Positions 20,332 to 30,313 of a stretch of DNA of 64,000 bases are shown here, piece after piece; within the stretch, counting starts at the first letter, position 1; each line of letters opens with the position of its first letter. The position numbers and the translations under genes were made by a program. Below the pieces are notes generated by a model that worked only from the letters and a program-made list of their open reading frames with translations, searched no databases and had not been told where the DNA came from. Source of the stretch: Syntrophales bacterium (lineage in GTDB: Bacteria > Desulfobacterota > Syntrophia > Syntrophales > UBA2210); the NCBI GenBank assembly GCA_963662405.2, contig CAXXKT010000001.1, forward strand, positions 64,001-128,000. Direction: 5' to 3'.

Positions 20332-21585
20332 CTATTCATACCGGAGCGCCTCGGCCGGATCGAGCCGGGAGGCCCGCCACGACGGATATATCGCCGCTAG
20401 AAAACAGATAAGCATCGCGACACAGGCAATGGCGCCAACATCCCCGTAATTCACCTGGGAGGGAAGCTCGTTTAAATAATAGACATCCTTGGGGAGGATC
20501 TTGAACCCGAAAAGGTCTTCAATATAACGACTGATCCGTTCCAGATTCAGGGCAATGGTAATACCGGTCAGACACCCCAGTATCGTGCCGATGGCACCGA
20601 TCACCATGCCCTCTATCATAAATATCTTCATGATACTCCGCGAGGTGGCTCCCATCGACTTGAGAATGGCAATATCCCGAGCCTTTTCCATCACCGTCAT
20701 AATCAGCGTCGTGATAATGTTGAAGGCGGCAACCAGGACAATCAAACTGAGGATGATGAACATAACCCTCTTCTCTAACTTCAGAGCCGAAAAAAGATTC
20801 TTGTTCATCTCCATCCAACTCCGTGCCCAGTAGGGATATCCGAGGGCCTTTTCGATGGCATTCGCGATCTTCCGTGCCCCGTAAATTTCATCCACCTTGA
20901 TCTCTATCCCGGTGACCGTCCCCTCCATATTCAGGAACTTCTGACAGTTTTCAAGAGACAGAAAGGCGAGTGTCGAGTCATACTCGTACGACCCCGAATC
21001 AAAGATACCGACGACCGTGAACTCTTTGATCTTGGGGATCACCCCCATCGGGGTGGGAATCCCCATGGGAAGGAGAATCTCAACCGTATCGGAAAGGGAA
21101 AGACCCAGATTCTGTGCGAGCTCTTTTCCAATGACGACACCGGGCAAGTTCGCCGTATCCTCGCCTCTCGAAAGAGAGGCGATATCCCCTGACTGCATCT
21201 TCCCCAGCGTGATAACGGCGGCCGACGTTTCGGTCGACATGCCGCGCAGGACTACACCGGTGACTCTTCCTTCGTGCTTCAGCATCGCCTGTCCATATAT
21301 GAACGGTGTGGTGGCCACTACGCCGTCGATCGACTCGACCCGCTTCATCACCTCGGCATAATCCTCCATCCCCCCATCATACTGCATCAAGACGATATGA
21401 GAATTGACCCCCAGGATCCGGTCACGCAGTTCCATCTCAAACCCATTCATAACCGCCAAGACAATGATGAGCGCGGCAACCCCCAGGAAAATACCCGCCA
21501 CCGAGATAACGCTGTTAACGGATATAAAGGTCTGTTTCCTCTTCGCCCTGAGATACCGGAGACCTATGAAGAATTCATATGACAT
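20332..21585 (-). CDS. Lipoprotein-releasing permease LolC/E
   Basis: LRYLRAK, AVMNGF, LVAAFNI, PAEALRYE. Confidence 0.92.
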   Translation of the reverse strand: MSYEFFIGLRYLRAKRKQTFISVNSVISVAGIFLGVAALIIVLAVMNGFEMELRDRILGVNSHIVLMQYDGGMEDYAEVMKRVESIDGVVATTPFIYGQAMLKHEGRVTGVVLRGMSTETSAAVITLGKMQSGDIASLSRGEDTANLPGVVIGKELAQNLGLSLSDTVEILLPMGIPTPMGVIPKIKEFTVVGIFDSGSYEYDSTLAFLSLENCQKFLNMEGTVTGIEIKVDEIYGARKIANAIEKALGYPYWARSWMEMNKNLFSALKLEKRVMFIILSLIVLVAAFNIITTLIMTVMEKARDIAILKSMGATSRSIMKIFMIEGMVIGAIGTILGCLTGITIALNLERISRYIEDLFGFKILPKDVYYLNELPSQVNYGDVGAIACVAMLICFLAAIYPSWRASRLDPAEALRYE

Positions 21586-21644
21586 AGCAGGAAAACCTAC
21601 ATGGTGCGAAAGAAATGATCGTCTTTTACCAGGGCCGGCTTTGA

Positions 21645-23138
21645 TTACCGGACATCTCTCTTCGCCCGCATATGGGGAAAGAGTATCACGTCCCTGATGG
21701 ATGAAGAATCCGTGAAGAGCATAACGAGCCGATCGATACCGATCCCTTCGCCCGCCGTTGGCGGCATGCCGTATTCCAGGGCACTGATGTAGTCTTCATC
21801 CATCTCATGGGCCTCCTGGTCTCCCGCCTCCCTCTCTCTCAACTGCATCTCAAACCTGGCCCTTTGGTCCTCAGGGTCATTGAGTTCCGAAAAGGCGTTG
21901 GCCAGTTCCCTCCCGTAGATGTACAACTCGAACCGATCGACAAACCGATCGTCCGCGGCGCTTTTTCGTGAGAGGGGCGACACCTCCAGGGGATAAGTGG
22001 TCACAAAAGTCGGCTGAATCAGCTTGGCTTCCGCAACCTCCTCGAAGATCGCCACGATGATCTTCCCCAGCGGTTCATCGTCTTCGACGGGAAGTCCCAG
22101 CTCCGTGGCGAATCGTACGGCCTGTTCCCGGTCCTCCAGGACATCGGCCGTCACATCCGAGTACTTCAGAATGGCCTCCTTGACCGTCAGGCGTTGCCAG
22201 GGACGGGTCAGGTCAATCTCGGTCCCCTGATACTGAAACTGCAGAGATCCGAACATCTCCTGAGAAATCGAGGTGAATATCTCTTCCGTCATCACTATCA
22301 GGTCCTCGTACGTGGCGTAGGCTTGATAGAATTCCATCATCGTAAATTCGGGGTTATGAGAGGTCGATATCCCCTCGTTCCTGAAGCTCCGGTTTATCTC
22401 GAAGACCCGCTCGAACCCCCCGACAATCAGACGTTTCAGGTACAGCTCCGGCGCGATACGCAGATAGAGATCCATATCCAAGGTGTTATGATATGTCTTG
22501 AAAGGGCGGGCCACCGCACCGCCGGCCATGGGGTGCATCATGGGCGTTTCCACTTCCAGAAAGTCCCGCTCCTGCATAAAATCACGGATCAGCTTGAGGA
22601 TCCTGCTTCGCGCATAAAAAACCTCTTTGACCCCCGGATTCATGATAAGATCAAGAGGTCTTTGCCGGTACCGGGCCTCGACATCGGTCAGCCCGTGCCA
22701 TTTCTCAGGCAAGGATCGCACCGCCTTTGAAAGAAGCCTGATCTCATCGGCATCGACGGTCAATTCACCGGTCCTCGTCTTCAGAAGCCCTCCCGAGATA
22801 AAAACAATATCGCCCACATCAAACTTCTTGAAGACAGCATAGCCGTCAGTGCCGACCTTCTCCCGTGCAATGTATCCCTGAATTCTTCCTGCCCTGTCCT
22901 GAATGTTTATAAATGCGGCCTTTCCGAAATTGCGGACCGCCATCAACCGACCGGCCAGCGCCACCTTTTCCTCAATCTGAGACAGCTCATCGTTATCCAT
23001 CTCCCCGAACCGGTTGATTACGGACCCGGTGGTCGCGGTTACCCTGACGTCATTCGGATACAGGGCAATCCCCATTTCCCGAAGAGAATGCATCTTCTCC
23101 TTGCGTTTTCTCAATAGCTCATTTTTCTCGTCCATCAT
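21645..23138 (-). CDS. lysS: Lysine--tRNA ligase (class II)
   Basis: LRIAPELYLKRL, HNPEFTMMEFY, YGMPPTAGEGIGIDRL. Confidence 0.98.
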   Translation of the reverse strand: MMDEKNELLRKRKEKMHSLREMGIALYPNDVRVTATTGSVINRFGEMDNDELSQIEEKVALAGRLMAVRNFGKAAFINIQDRAGRIQGYIAREKVGTDGYAVFKKFDVGDIVFISGGLLKTRTGELTVDADEIRLLSKAVRSLPEKWHGLTDVEARYRQRPLDLIMNPGVKEVFYARSRILKLIRDFMQERDFLEVETPMMHPMAGGAVARPFKTYHNTLDMDLYLRIAPELYLKRLIVGGFERVFEINRSFRNEGISTSHNPEFTMMEFYQAYATYEDLIVMTEEIFTSISQEMFGSLQFQYQGTEIDLTRPWQRLTVKEAILKYSDVTADVLEDREQAVRFATELGLPVEDDEPLGKIIVAIFEEVAEAKLIQPTFVTTYPLEVSPLSRKSAADDRFVDRFELYIYGRELANAFSELNDPEDQRARFEMQLREREAGDQEAHEMDEDYISALEYGMPPTAGEGIGIDRLVMLFTDSSSIRDVILFPHMRAKRDVR

Positions 23139-23368
23139 GGCCTCTTTCGCTGACAGGCATATCCATCTGCCGATGTATTTCCCGAACTACCGGTACGGAT
23201 TCGGTTTTCATTCAAAAACAAGCAATTCACCGCATGTTCACAAAAAAATCAAGGGATTGATACAGAGGTTGCGGGGAAGGACCCTTTTTGAACAGAAATT
23301 AATTACCATATAAGGCAGTCCTAACTATATCCTTTTGCCTGTTTAGTCAAGGATTTTGAGAAAAAGCA

Positions 23369-23397
23369 TTGACAAAAAAGCGCTATAATAATAGCAT
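23369..23397 (+). promoter_or_regulatory. Putative sigma70 promoter for the rfaE1 operon
   Basis: TTGACA-N17-TAGCAT about 77 nt upstream of the start. Confidence 0.55.
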
Positions 23398-23473
23398 CCT
23401 CGCCTGTTCGGAGAGAAGGAACGGACACGGGCATTGATCACCGCCTTCGTTTCTCGACATTGCAAGGGGTGAT

Positions 23474-24460
23474 ATGGCGAAAAACACCATAAGCAGGAAG
23501 AGGGCGCTTGAGATTATCGATCGTTTCGATCGTGCCAAGGTACTGGTCGTCGGCGATTTGATGGTCGATCAGTTCATCTGGGGAAAGGTGTCGCGGATAT
23601 CGCCGGAGGCCCCGGTGCCGGTGGTCAATGTGACCTCCGAAAGCCTCCTGCTGGGCGGGTGCGCCAACGTGTTGAACAACGTCTTCTCCATGGGGGGACA
23701 GGTCGCCGTCTCCGGCATCGTCGGTTCGGACCCCATGGGGAGATGGCTCGTGGATGCACTGCAACAGATGAAAATCGACACGGCAGGGGTAATCGTCGAA
23801 GAGAAACGTCCCACCAGCATCAAGACCCGAATCGTCGCCCACAATCAGCAGGTGGTGCGATTCGACAAGGAAGACAAGAGCCCGGTAACCAACGATAGTC
23901 TCAACAAAATAATAACGTACATACAGTCCATACAGGATGACCTGGGGGCGATCATTATTTCGGATTACAACAAGGGGGTCTTTTCGGAACAGCTCGTCAG
24001 GGAGATCCGTCAAATCACGACACGGAGAGGAATCATCCTGTGCATTGACCCCAAACAGAGCGATTTTACTCCCTATCGCGGGTGCGATCTTCTCACTCCC
24101 AATCGTCAGGAAACGGAACGAGCCCTCGGCAGAGAGATCGAAGTGGGGGATGACCTCATCCGAAAGGGGGCATCACTCCTCCAAGATTTCGGTTTGAAGG
24201 CCCTTCTGGTGACAATGGGCGAGGACGGGATGATTCTCTTTCAAAACGGCGGCTCCGTCACCCATATCCCGGCCGTTGCCCGGGAGGTGTTCGATGTGAC
24301 CGGCGCTGGTGACACGGTGATCGGTGTCTTTGCCCTCTCAGTCGCCGCCGGAGCGACATTCACGGAAGCCGCAGTTCTCGCTAATCATGCAGCCGGCATT
24401 GCGGTTGGCAAGATAGGAACGGCACCGGTTCGCCGGGATGAATTGAAAAAGGCACTATGA
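23474..24460 (+). CDS. rfaE1: D-glycero-beta-D-manno-heptose-7-phosphate kinase
   Basis: RISPEAPVPVV, SDYNKG, DVTGAGDT. Confidence 0.93.
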   Translation: MAKNTISRKRALEIIDRFDRAKVLVVGDLMVDQFIWGKVSRISPEAPVPVVNVTSESLLLGGCANVLNNVFSMGGQVAVSGIVGSDPMGRWLVDALQQMKIDTAGVIVEEKRPTSIKTRIVAHNQQVVRFDKEDKSPVTNDSLNKIITYIQSIQDDLGAIIISDYNKGVFSEQLVREIRQITTRRGIILCIDPKQSDFTPYRGCDLLTPNRQETERALGREIEVGDDLIRKGASLLQDFGLKALLVTMGEDGMILFQNGGSVTHIPAVAREVFDVTGAGDTVIGVFALSVAAGATFTEAAVLANHAAGIAVGKIGTAPVRRDELKKAL

Positions 24461-25002
24461 GCAGACCAACCCACCCCGAGCCGGTCAAGATCGTATCCAG
24501 CATCTTCTCCGGGGATACGGATATGTTGCACGCAGCCGTAAACGCTCTATCCGAGGAGTGGGGAGCTATTGACTACATCAGTGCCGTCTCTCCCTTTGCA
24601 TATACAGATTATTACGAAACAGAATTAGGGAGCAGTCTCGTCAGGCGCTTCGTTTCCTTCGAGACCCTTGTGCCACCCGAAACGCTCCCGGATATGAAAC
24701 TTTTTACCAACAAGATTGAAGAGGTATACACGTGCAACGATGACAGGCTTGTCAACATCGACCCGGGATATCTGTCTCAGGCCCATCTGATCCTCGCCAC
24801 GGGAAAGGCCTATACACATCGTCCCTATCTCCGGGACGGCATATATGCCGATTTGACCCTTATTTTCACGAATCATTCCTTTCGGAGACTCGAGTGGACC
24901 TACCCCGACTACGCACACCAAGAGACGATCGCGATGTTTAACAACATCCGTGAAAGATATATGATACAACTGGTCCGGGAGCGAAAGCACCCAATCAGGT
25001 AG
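24457..25002 (+). CDS. DUF4416-like protein
   Basis: YTDYY, VNIDPGYL, HRPYL..GIYADLTL, WTYPDY. Confidence 0.75.
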   Translation: MSRPTHPEPVKIVSSIFSGDTDMLHAAVNALSEEWGAIDYISAVSPFAYTDYYETELGSSLVRRFVSFETLVPPETLPDMKLFTNKIEEVYTCNDDRLVNIDPGYLSQAHLILATGKAYTHRPYLRDGIYADLTLIFTNHSFRRLEWTYPDYAHQETIAMFNNIRERYMIQLVRERKHPIR

Positions 25003-25065
25003 CACGTGCTACCAAAAGCAAGAGCGGGACAATCCGTTGTCCCGTCTTATCCAGGAGACGCATCT

Positions 25066-25950
25066 ATGATACGAAGCATGACCGGTTATGGAAGGATCGA
25101 TTCCGTCTATGCGGGGAAGAAACTGACCGTAGAAATCAAATCTCTCAACCATAGGAATCTCGAAAGTTGTGTAAGACTTCCCCTCATTTTGGCCCCACTG
25201 GAGATGAATGTCAAAAAGAGAGTAGCGGAGCGAATCTCCCGGGGAAGAGTTGAAGTGAATATCAGGATCGAGTCAGACCCGAGTACGAACGGCGGAGACA
25301 GGTTGGAGGCGAACCGCCCTCTCCTGAACAGCTATTATGCCCTCCTCACCAGCTTGAAAGAATCGTTTAATCTCTCCGATGATATAACGCTGGATACCTT
25401 GATCGGCCTGAAGGGAAGCATCTACACGGCGGAAACGGAGATCGACCCGGAGGGGATATGGGTTACCGTCGAAAAGATACTGGACGATTGCCTCGATTCC
25501 CTCATCCAGATGAAGGAAACCGAGGGCAAACTCCTTTATGAAGACTTCACCACGCGCCTTGAAACGATCACGACCGCGATAGGAACCGTGAAAGAAAGGG
25601 TCCCTGAGGTGCTCAGAAATTACCGGGACAGACTTGCAATGCGCATTCGAGAATTGACGGAAGATACGGGGTGCGACGAGTCGCGACTGATCCAGGAAGT
25701 TGCGATCATGGCTGAAAAGAGCGATATCACCGAAGAGATTGTTCGTCTTGAAAGCCACGTGAAACAGTTCGGCACGATGTTGGACAGCAAAGAGGCGATC
25801 GGCAGGAAAATGGATTTTCTGCTGCAGGAGATGCACAGAGAGATCAATACGATCGGATCCAAGAGCAGCGACCTTGCCATATCCGGTACGGTCATCGAAA
25901 TTAAGACGGAACTTGCTAAATTAAGAGAACAGGTTCAGAATATCGAGTAG
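25066..25950 (+). CDS. yicC: YicC/YloC family endoribonuclease
   Basis: MIRSMTGYG...GRKMDFLLQEMHREINTIGSK...REQVQNIE. Confidence 0.93.
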   Translation: MIRSMTGYGRIDSVYAGKKLTVEIKSLNHRNLESCVRLPLILAPLEMNVKKRVAERISRGRVEVNIRIESDPSTNGGDRLEANRPLLNSYYALLTSLKESFNLSDDITLDTLIGLKGSIYTAETEIDPEGIWVTVEKILDDCLDSLIQMKETEGKLLYEDFTTRLETITTAIGTVKERVPEVLRNYRDRLAMRIRELTEDTGCDESRLIQEVAIMAEKSDITEEIVRLESHVKQFGTMLDSKEAIGRKMDFLLQEMHREINTIGSKSSDLAISGTVIEIKTELAKLREQVQNIE

Positions 25951-25995
25951 CGCGGTGTGATTTGGACTGAACGGTTCCACCATGGATGAGAAGAG

Positions 25996-26625
25996 ATGCA
26001 ACAAATCGATACAAAAGGCATCGTTATGGTCATCTCCGCACCGTCGGGAGCGGGGAAGACCACATTGTGCAAACGGCTTTTTGCTGAATTTCCGGCACTC
26101 CGTTTTTCAGTATCATGCACCACGCGTCCGCCGCGAAGGGGGGAAGTGGACGGGAAGGACTACCACTTCACCTCCTTGGAAGAATTCAAACGAAGAAAAA
26201 CCGCGGGCGAATTTGTCGAGTGTGAGGAGATCTATGGTCATTTTTACGGGACCTCCAGAGAGGACATCGATGAGATGATCAACCGAGGATATGACGTCGT
26301 TCTGGATATAGATACCCGGGGCGCACGGAACGTCAAGAAGATATACCCGGACGCTGTCCTCGTTTTCGTCATGCCGCCATCCGTGCAGATCCTCAAGGAA
26401 CGATTGAGAAAACGTGGCTCCGAGACCGAGGAGGTTATAGAGATGCGTTTCAACAAGGCGATGGAAGAGATAGAAGTGAACGAGTGCTATGATTATGTGA
26501 TATTTAATGATATAATAGCAGATTCTGTAGTGGTACTGAGCTCTGTATACAGGGCCGAAAAGAACAGGCGTAATCGGCTCCAGAGCAGGATAGACGACTT
26601 TTATCGAACAGCCGGAGGTATATAA
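25996..26625 (+). CDS. gmk: Guanylate kinase
   Basis: SAPSGAGKTT, SCTTRPPR.GEVDGKDYHF. Confidence 0.96.
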   Translation: MQQIDTKGIVMVISAPSGAGKTTLCKRLFAEFPALRFSVSCTTRPPRRGEVDGKDYHFTSLEEFKRRKTAGEFVECEEIYGHFYGTSREDIDEMINRGYDVVLDIDTRGARNVKKIYPDAVLVFVMPPSVQILKERLRKRGSETEEVIEMRFNKAMEEIEVNECYDYVIFNDIIADSVVVLSSVYRAEKNRRNRLQSRIDDFYRTAGGI

Positions 26626-26629
26626 AATT

Positions 26630-26917
26630 ATGGCGCGAGTTACCGTGGAAGATTCTCTGGAGAAGGCAAAGAACAGGTTCGCCCTGACGCACCTGACAAC
26701 CCTGAGAACCAAGCAACTTCTGAAAAATGCGAGACCCCTCAGCGAAAAGAAAAACAACCGGGAGATCGTCACCGCCCTGCGTGAAATAGCGGAAGGTAAA
26801 GTGGCCTATGTCCACCCCGAAATTCTCGACATGGATCCCATCGAGATAAAATTGGCTCAACTAACCGATGATACGAATCACACAAACGAAGATGCAGACA
26901 GCGAAAAGATGCCGTGA
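26630..26917 (+). CDS. rpoZ: RNA polymerase omega subunit
   Basis: MARVTVEDSLE...NRF...ALREIAEG. Confidence 0.93.
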   Translation: MARVTVEDSLEKAKNRFALTHLTTLRTKQLLKNARPLSEKKNNREIVTALREIAEGKVAYVHPEILDMDPIEIKLAQLTDDTNHTNEDADSEKMP

Positions 26918-27632
26918 CAAATTGATATTTGCCCTTGATCTGGGAGACGAAATGGATGAGGCTCTCAGATGGGTTGACCTGTTGAAGGACCACGTGGGGA
27001 TATTCAAGGTAGGGAAAGAAGCCTTCACCCGTTTCGGTCCGGATATCGTATCGAAGATCCAAGGAAGGGGAGGAAATGTCTTTCTCGACCTGAAATTTCA
27101 CGATATTCCGAACACGGTGGCGATGGCCTCCCGGGCCGCGGCAGGAATGGGGATTTCTATGTTCAACATCCATGCCCTGGGAGGGCGTGAGATGATGGAG
27201 CGGGCAGTTGATGCGGTCAACACAACCGCCCGCGATCGAGGCATCGTTCCTCCGATACTCCTTGCGGTTACCGTTCTCACCAGTTTGAGTGATTCCGACA
27301 TCAACGATATCGGTTTCGGAGGCACCACGAAGGAGCTGGTCCTGAAGCTTGCCGTGTCGGCCAGGGATGCCGGTGTCCCGGGAGTTGTGGCATCGGCACA
27401 GGATGTAATCCCCATACGAGAGGCCTGCGGAAAAGACTTCATCATTGTGACCCCGGGGATACGTCCCGGTAGCAAGGTGACGAATGATGACCAGAAGCGG
27501 GTATTGACGCCGCAAGATGCGATTGCTATGGGAGCGGATTACCTGGTGGTGGGAAGACCCATACGGTTGGCTGACGATCCCGTCGCCGTGGCTGACGGCA
27601 TCACCGAGGACATCGCCAGAGGGTTGCTCTAA
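26892..27632 (+). CDS. pyrF: Orotidine-5'-phosphate decarboxylase
   Basis: FLDLKFHDIPNTV, VTVLTS, TPGIRP, VVGRPI; start uncertain. Confidence 0.95.
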   Translation: MQTAKRCRDKLIFALDLGDEMDEALRWVDLLKDHVGIFKVGKEAFTRFGPDIVSKIQGRGGNVFLDLKFHDIPNTVAMASRAAAGMGISMFNIHALGGREMMERAVDAVNTTARDRGIVPPILLAVTVLTSLSDSDINDIGFGGTTKELVLKLAVSARDAGVPGVVASAQDVIPIREACGKDFIIVTPGIRPGSKVTNDDQKRVLTPQDAIAMGADYLVVGRPIRLADDPVAVADGITEDIARGLL

Positions 27633-27663
27633 AGATACTCATTCCCTACTTCGAGGAAGATCG

Positions 27664-28416
27664 ATGCAGGTAGTCTATGGCGTTCATCCGGTTGCGGAAG
27701 CCCTGAAGGATGGCGGCGGGATAGAAAAGGTTTTCCTGATCAGAGGGGACAAACGAGGTGGCGTCCGGGAGATTACAGACCTTGCCTCTCGTAGAAAGAT
27801 TCCCGTCGTCTTTACGGACAAAGAACATCTGAGCACCGTCGCCGGCACCCATCACCATCAGGGCGTCCTCTGCATATGCGAAGAATTCCGGTATACGGAT
27901 ATCGATGAAATCCTTGCCGGCTGCAGCTCACAAACGAAGACTCTCCTCTTAATCCTTGACGAAATTACCGACCCTCAGAACCTTGGCGCTCTTATGCGGA
28001 CGGCCTTTTGTTTCGGCGTCGCGGGCCTGATCATTCCGGTGAATCGAGCGGCGTCCGTCACCTCTTCGGTCATCAAGGCATCGGCCGGCGCGGCCCTTCA
28101 TCTCCCTGTCGCAAAAGTCGTGAATATTGCAAGAACCATCGATCGCCTGAAAGAAGAGGGGTTTTGGGTATACGGTACCGTTGCCGGATGTGAAAAAGAG
28201 ATATCTTCCCCTGATTATAGCGGTCGTGTCGCCCTTGTCCTGGGAAGTGAGGGAAAGGGGATCCGACCACTCGTCAAGAAAAAATGTGATATCCTGGTTT
28301 CCATCCCCATGAGCGGCCCCCTCGATTCCCTGAATGTATCCGTAGCGGGTGGCATTATCCTCTATGAAATAACCCGCCGGATGAATACGTCGAGCACAGA
28401 GGGGGAAAGGAGGTAA
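27664..28416 (+). CDS. rlmB: 23S rRNA (G2251-2'-O) methyltransferase
   Basis: YGVHPV, HQGV, DPQNLGALMR, GSEGKG, SLNVSVA. Confidence 0.92.
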   Translation: MQVVYGVHPVAEALKDGGGIEKVFLIRGDKRGGVREITDLASRRKIPVVFTDKEHLSTVAGTHHHQGVLCICEEFRYTDIDEILAGCSSQTKTLLLILDEITDPQNLGALMRTAFCFGVAGLIIPVNRAASVTSSVIKASAGAALHLPVAKVVNIARTIDRLKEEGFWVYGTVAGCEKEISSPDYSGRVALVLGSEGKGIRPLVKKKCDILVSIPMSGPLDSLNVSVAGGIILYEITRRMNTSSTEGERR

Positions 28417-28418
28417 AC

Positions 28419-29630
28419 ATGTCGGTATATTTGTGGGAGGGAACAACCAGAAGGGGGGAAAAGAAAAAGGGTGAAATGGAGGCAGCGGATGAAAGCAGTG
28501 TGAGGATCCAGCTCCGCCGTCAGCGAATCAAACCCGAGAATATAAAGAAAAAACCCAAGGATCTCTTTGAGAACATTCCTTTCCTTCAGCAGAAGGTCAA
28601 AGAGCATGATGTGGTGGTCTTCGCCAGGCAATTCGCCACGATGATCAACGCCGGGCTCCCCATCATTCAGTGTTTGGACCTCCTCGGTGAAGAGGAAAAA
28701 AATCCTTCTTTTGCAAAGATCATCAAAACGATCAAAGATGATATCGAAGGAGGATCTTCGCTCACGGATGCCCTCAGCCAATATCCTGACGTCTTTGACG
28801 AACTGTTCGTCAACCTGATCACTGCCGGTGAAGCGGGCGGCATCCTGGATGTGATCCTCAATCGTCTTTCCGCATATATGGAAAAAGCGATAGCACTGAA
28901 ACGGAAAGTCAAGGGAGCTATGACGTACCCGGTTACCGTTCTCATTGTTGCCGTAGCGGTGGTCATCCTCCTCCTTTACAAGGTTGTCCCTGTTTTCGAG
29001 GAAATGTTTTCAAGCATGGGATCGGCCCTCCCGGGCCCGACACAGTTTCTTGTCGATCTGAGCCGTTTCGTTCAAAACAATATCCTCTATATACTGGGGG
29101 GAATCGCCCTCTTCGTCTTTGTCTTTCGGAGATATTACAAAACCCGGCGGGGGAGACTTCAGGTAGATCGTTTTGTCCTCAAGCTACCCGTATTCGGCAT
29201 CTTACTAAAGAAAGTCGCCGTAGCAAAATTCTCACGGACCCTCTCCACGATGATGAGCAGCGGCGTTCCCATCCTTGACGGACTTGAGATCGTCAGCAAG
29301 ACAGCGGGGAACAAGGTGATCGAAAAGGCCCTGATGAACACCAGAAAGAGCATAAGTGAAGGGAGGACGATCGCCGCGCCCCTTGCGGAAGCGGACATCT
29401 TTCCTTCCATGGTCGTCTCCATGATAGCGGTGGGTGAAAACACCGGCGCCCTCGATGCCATGTTGGAAAAGATAGCCGATTTTTACGATTCCGAGGTGGA
29501 TGCCGCGGTGAGTGCCTTGACATCACTGCTTGAACCCATCATGATGGTGTTTCTGGGAGGTGTTGTGGGGGGGATGATCGTCGCCCTCTATCTGCCCATC
29601 TTTTCGATGGCAGGAGCCGTCGCCGGGTAG
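28419..29630 (+). CDS. pilC: Type IV pilus platform protein PilC (T2SSF family)
   Basis: RQFATMINAGLP, GEAGGILD, KVKGAMTYP, GENTGALD, EP..M...YLPIF. Confidence 0.92.
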   Translation: MSVYLWEGTTRRGEKKKGEMEAADESSVRIQLRRQRIKPENIKKKPKDLFENIPFLQQKVKEHDVVVFARQFATMINAGLPIIQCLDLLGEEEKNPSFAKIIKTIKDDIEGGSSLTDALSQYPDVFDELFVNLITAGEAGGILDVILNRLSAYMEKAIALKRKVKGAMTYPVTVLIVAVAVVILLLYKVVPVFEEMFSSMGSALPGPTQFLVDLSRFVQNNILYILGGIALFVFVFRRYYKTRRGRLQVDRFVLKLPVFGILLKKVAVAKFSRTLSTMMSSGVPILDGLEIVSKTAGNKVIEKALMNTRKSISEGRTIAAPLAEADIFPSMVVSMIAVGENTGALDAMLEKIADFYDSEVDAAVSALTSLLEPIMMVFLGGVVGGMIVALYLPIFSMAGAVAG

Positions 29631-29642
29631 CAATTCATAAAA

Positions 29643-29719
29643 TGGTCGGGATGGCGCGATTTGAACGCGCGACTCCTGCGTCCCGAACGCAGTGCCCTAC
29701 CAGGCTGGGCCACATCCCG
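29643..29719 (-). tRNA. tRNA-Pro(CGG)
   Basis: CGGGATGTGGCCCAGCCTGGTAGGGCACTGCGTTCGGGACGCAGGAGTCGCGCGTTCAAATCGCGCCATCCCGACCA; 77-nt cloverleaf, encoded CCA. Confidence 0.96.
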
Positions 29720-29871
29720 ACAGCCCCATTGACTATATAATTTATCTCGAAATGTCCATAAAAAAGTGAACCATGCCGTGTGCAATCTGCGTTAAAGGTG
29801 ATGTCACGACTTGTCTGATGCGGATTTTCATGATATTGGTCAGCCAACGCTCTACAGGAGGAATCGGTTCC

Positions 29872-30288
29872 GTGATCATTTATGACCTCAAGTGTGAAAA
29901 TAGCCACACTTTCGAAGGCTGGTTCAACGACAGAAATGCCTTTGAAAATCAGCGAAAGAAAAATCTCGTCACCTGTCCGGTGTGCGGCAGTTCGAGCATA
30001 GATATCGTCCCTTCAACCATTACGGTCATGGGAAAGGGGACCGAGCGACTCAATGATTCACGTAAACGAGAACTCTCCCCCCTGAAGGCCCTCCAGATGT
30101 TCCACGAGTATGTCGATAAGACATTCGAAGATGTGGGAAGCCGGTTCGCCGAAGTTGCCCTGCGGATCCACGCCGGCGAGGAAGACCACAGAAACATCAA
30201 GGGAACCACGACGGAACGGGAAGAAACCGTCCTCACTGAAGAAGGCGTCCCTTTCGTCAAGATCCCCGTACCGAAGTTCGACAGCTGA
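29872..30288 (+). CDS. DUF1178-like Zn-ribbon protein
   Basis: GTG start after AGGAGG; IIYDLKCENSHTFEGWF...TCPVCGS...EDVGSRFAE. Confidence 0.82.
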   Translation: MIIYDLKCENSHTFEGWFNDRNAFENQRKKNLVTCPVCGSSSIDIVPSTITVMGKGTERLNDSRKRELSPLKALQMFHEYVDKTFEDVGSRFAEVALRIHAGEEDHRNIKGTTTEREETVLTEEGVPFVKIPVPKFDS

Positions 30289-30313
30289 CTCCGATGCAAT
30301 CGGGGGGCTCCCC

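Noticed and set aside
29643..29719. tRNA-Pro as an island integration site
   Set aside because: No adjacent integrase or duplicated 3' end; both flanks are housekeeping genes.
30110..30313. Longer start for the cysteine synthase fusion
   Set aside because: Overlaps the DUF1178 gene in another frame; recognisable sequence starts at MKKRYNN.
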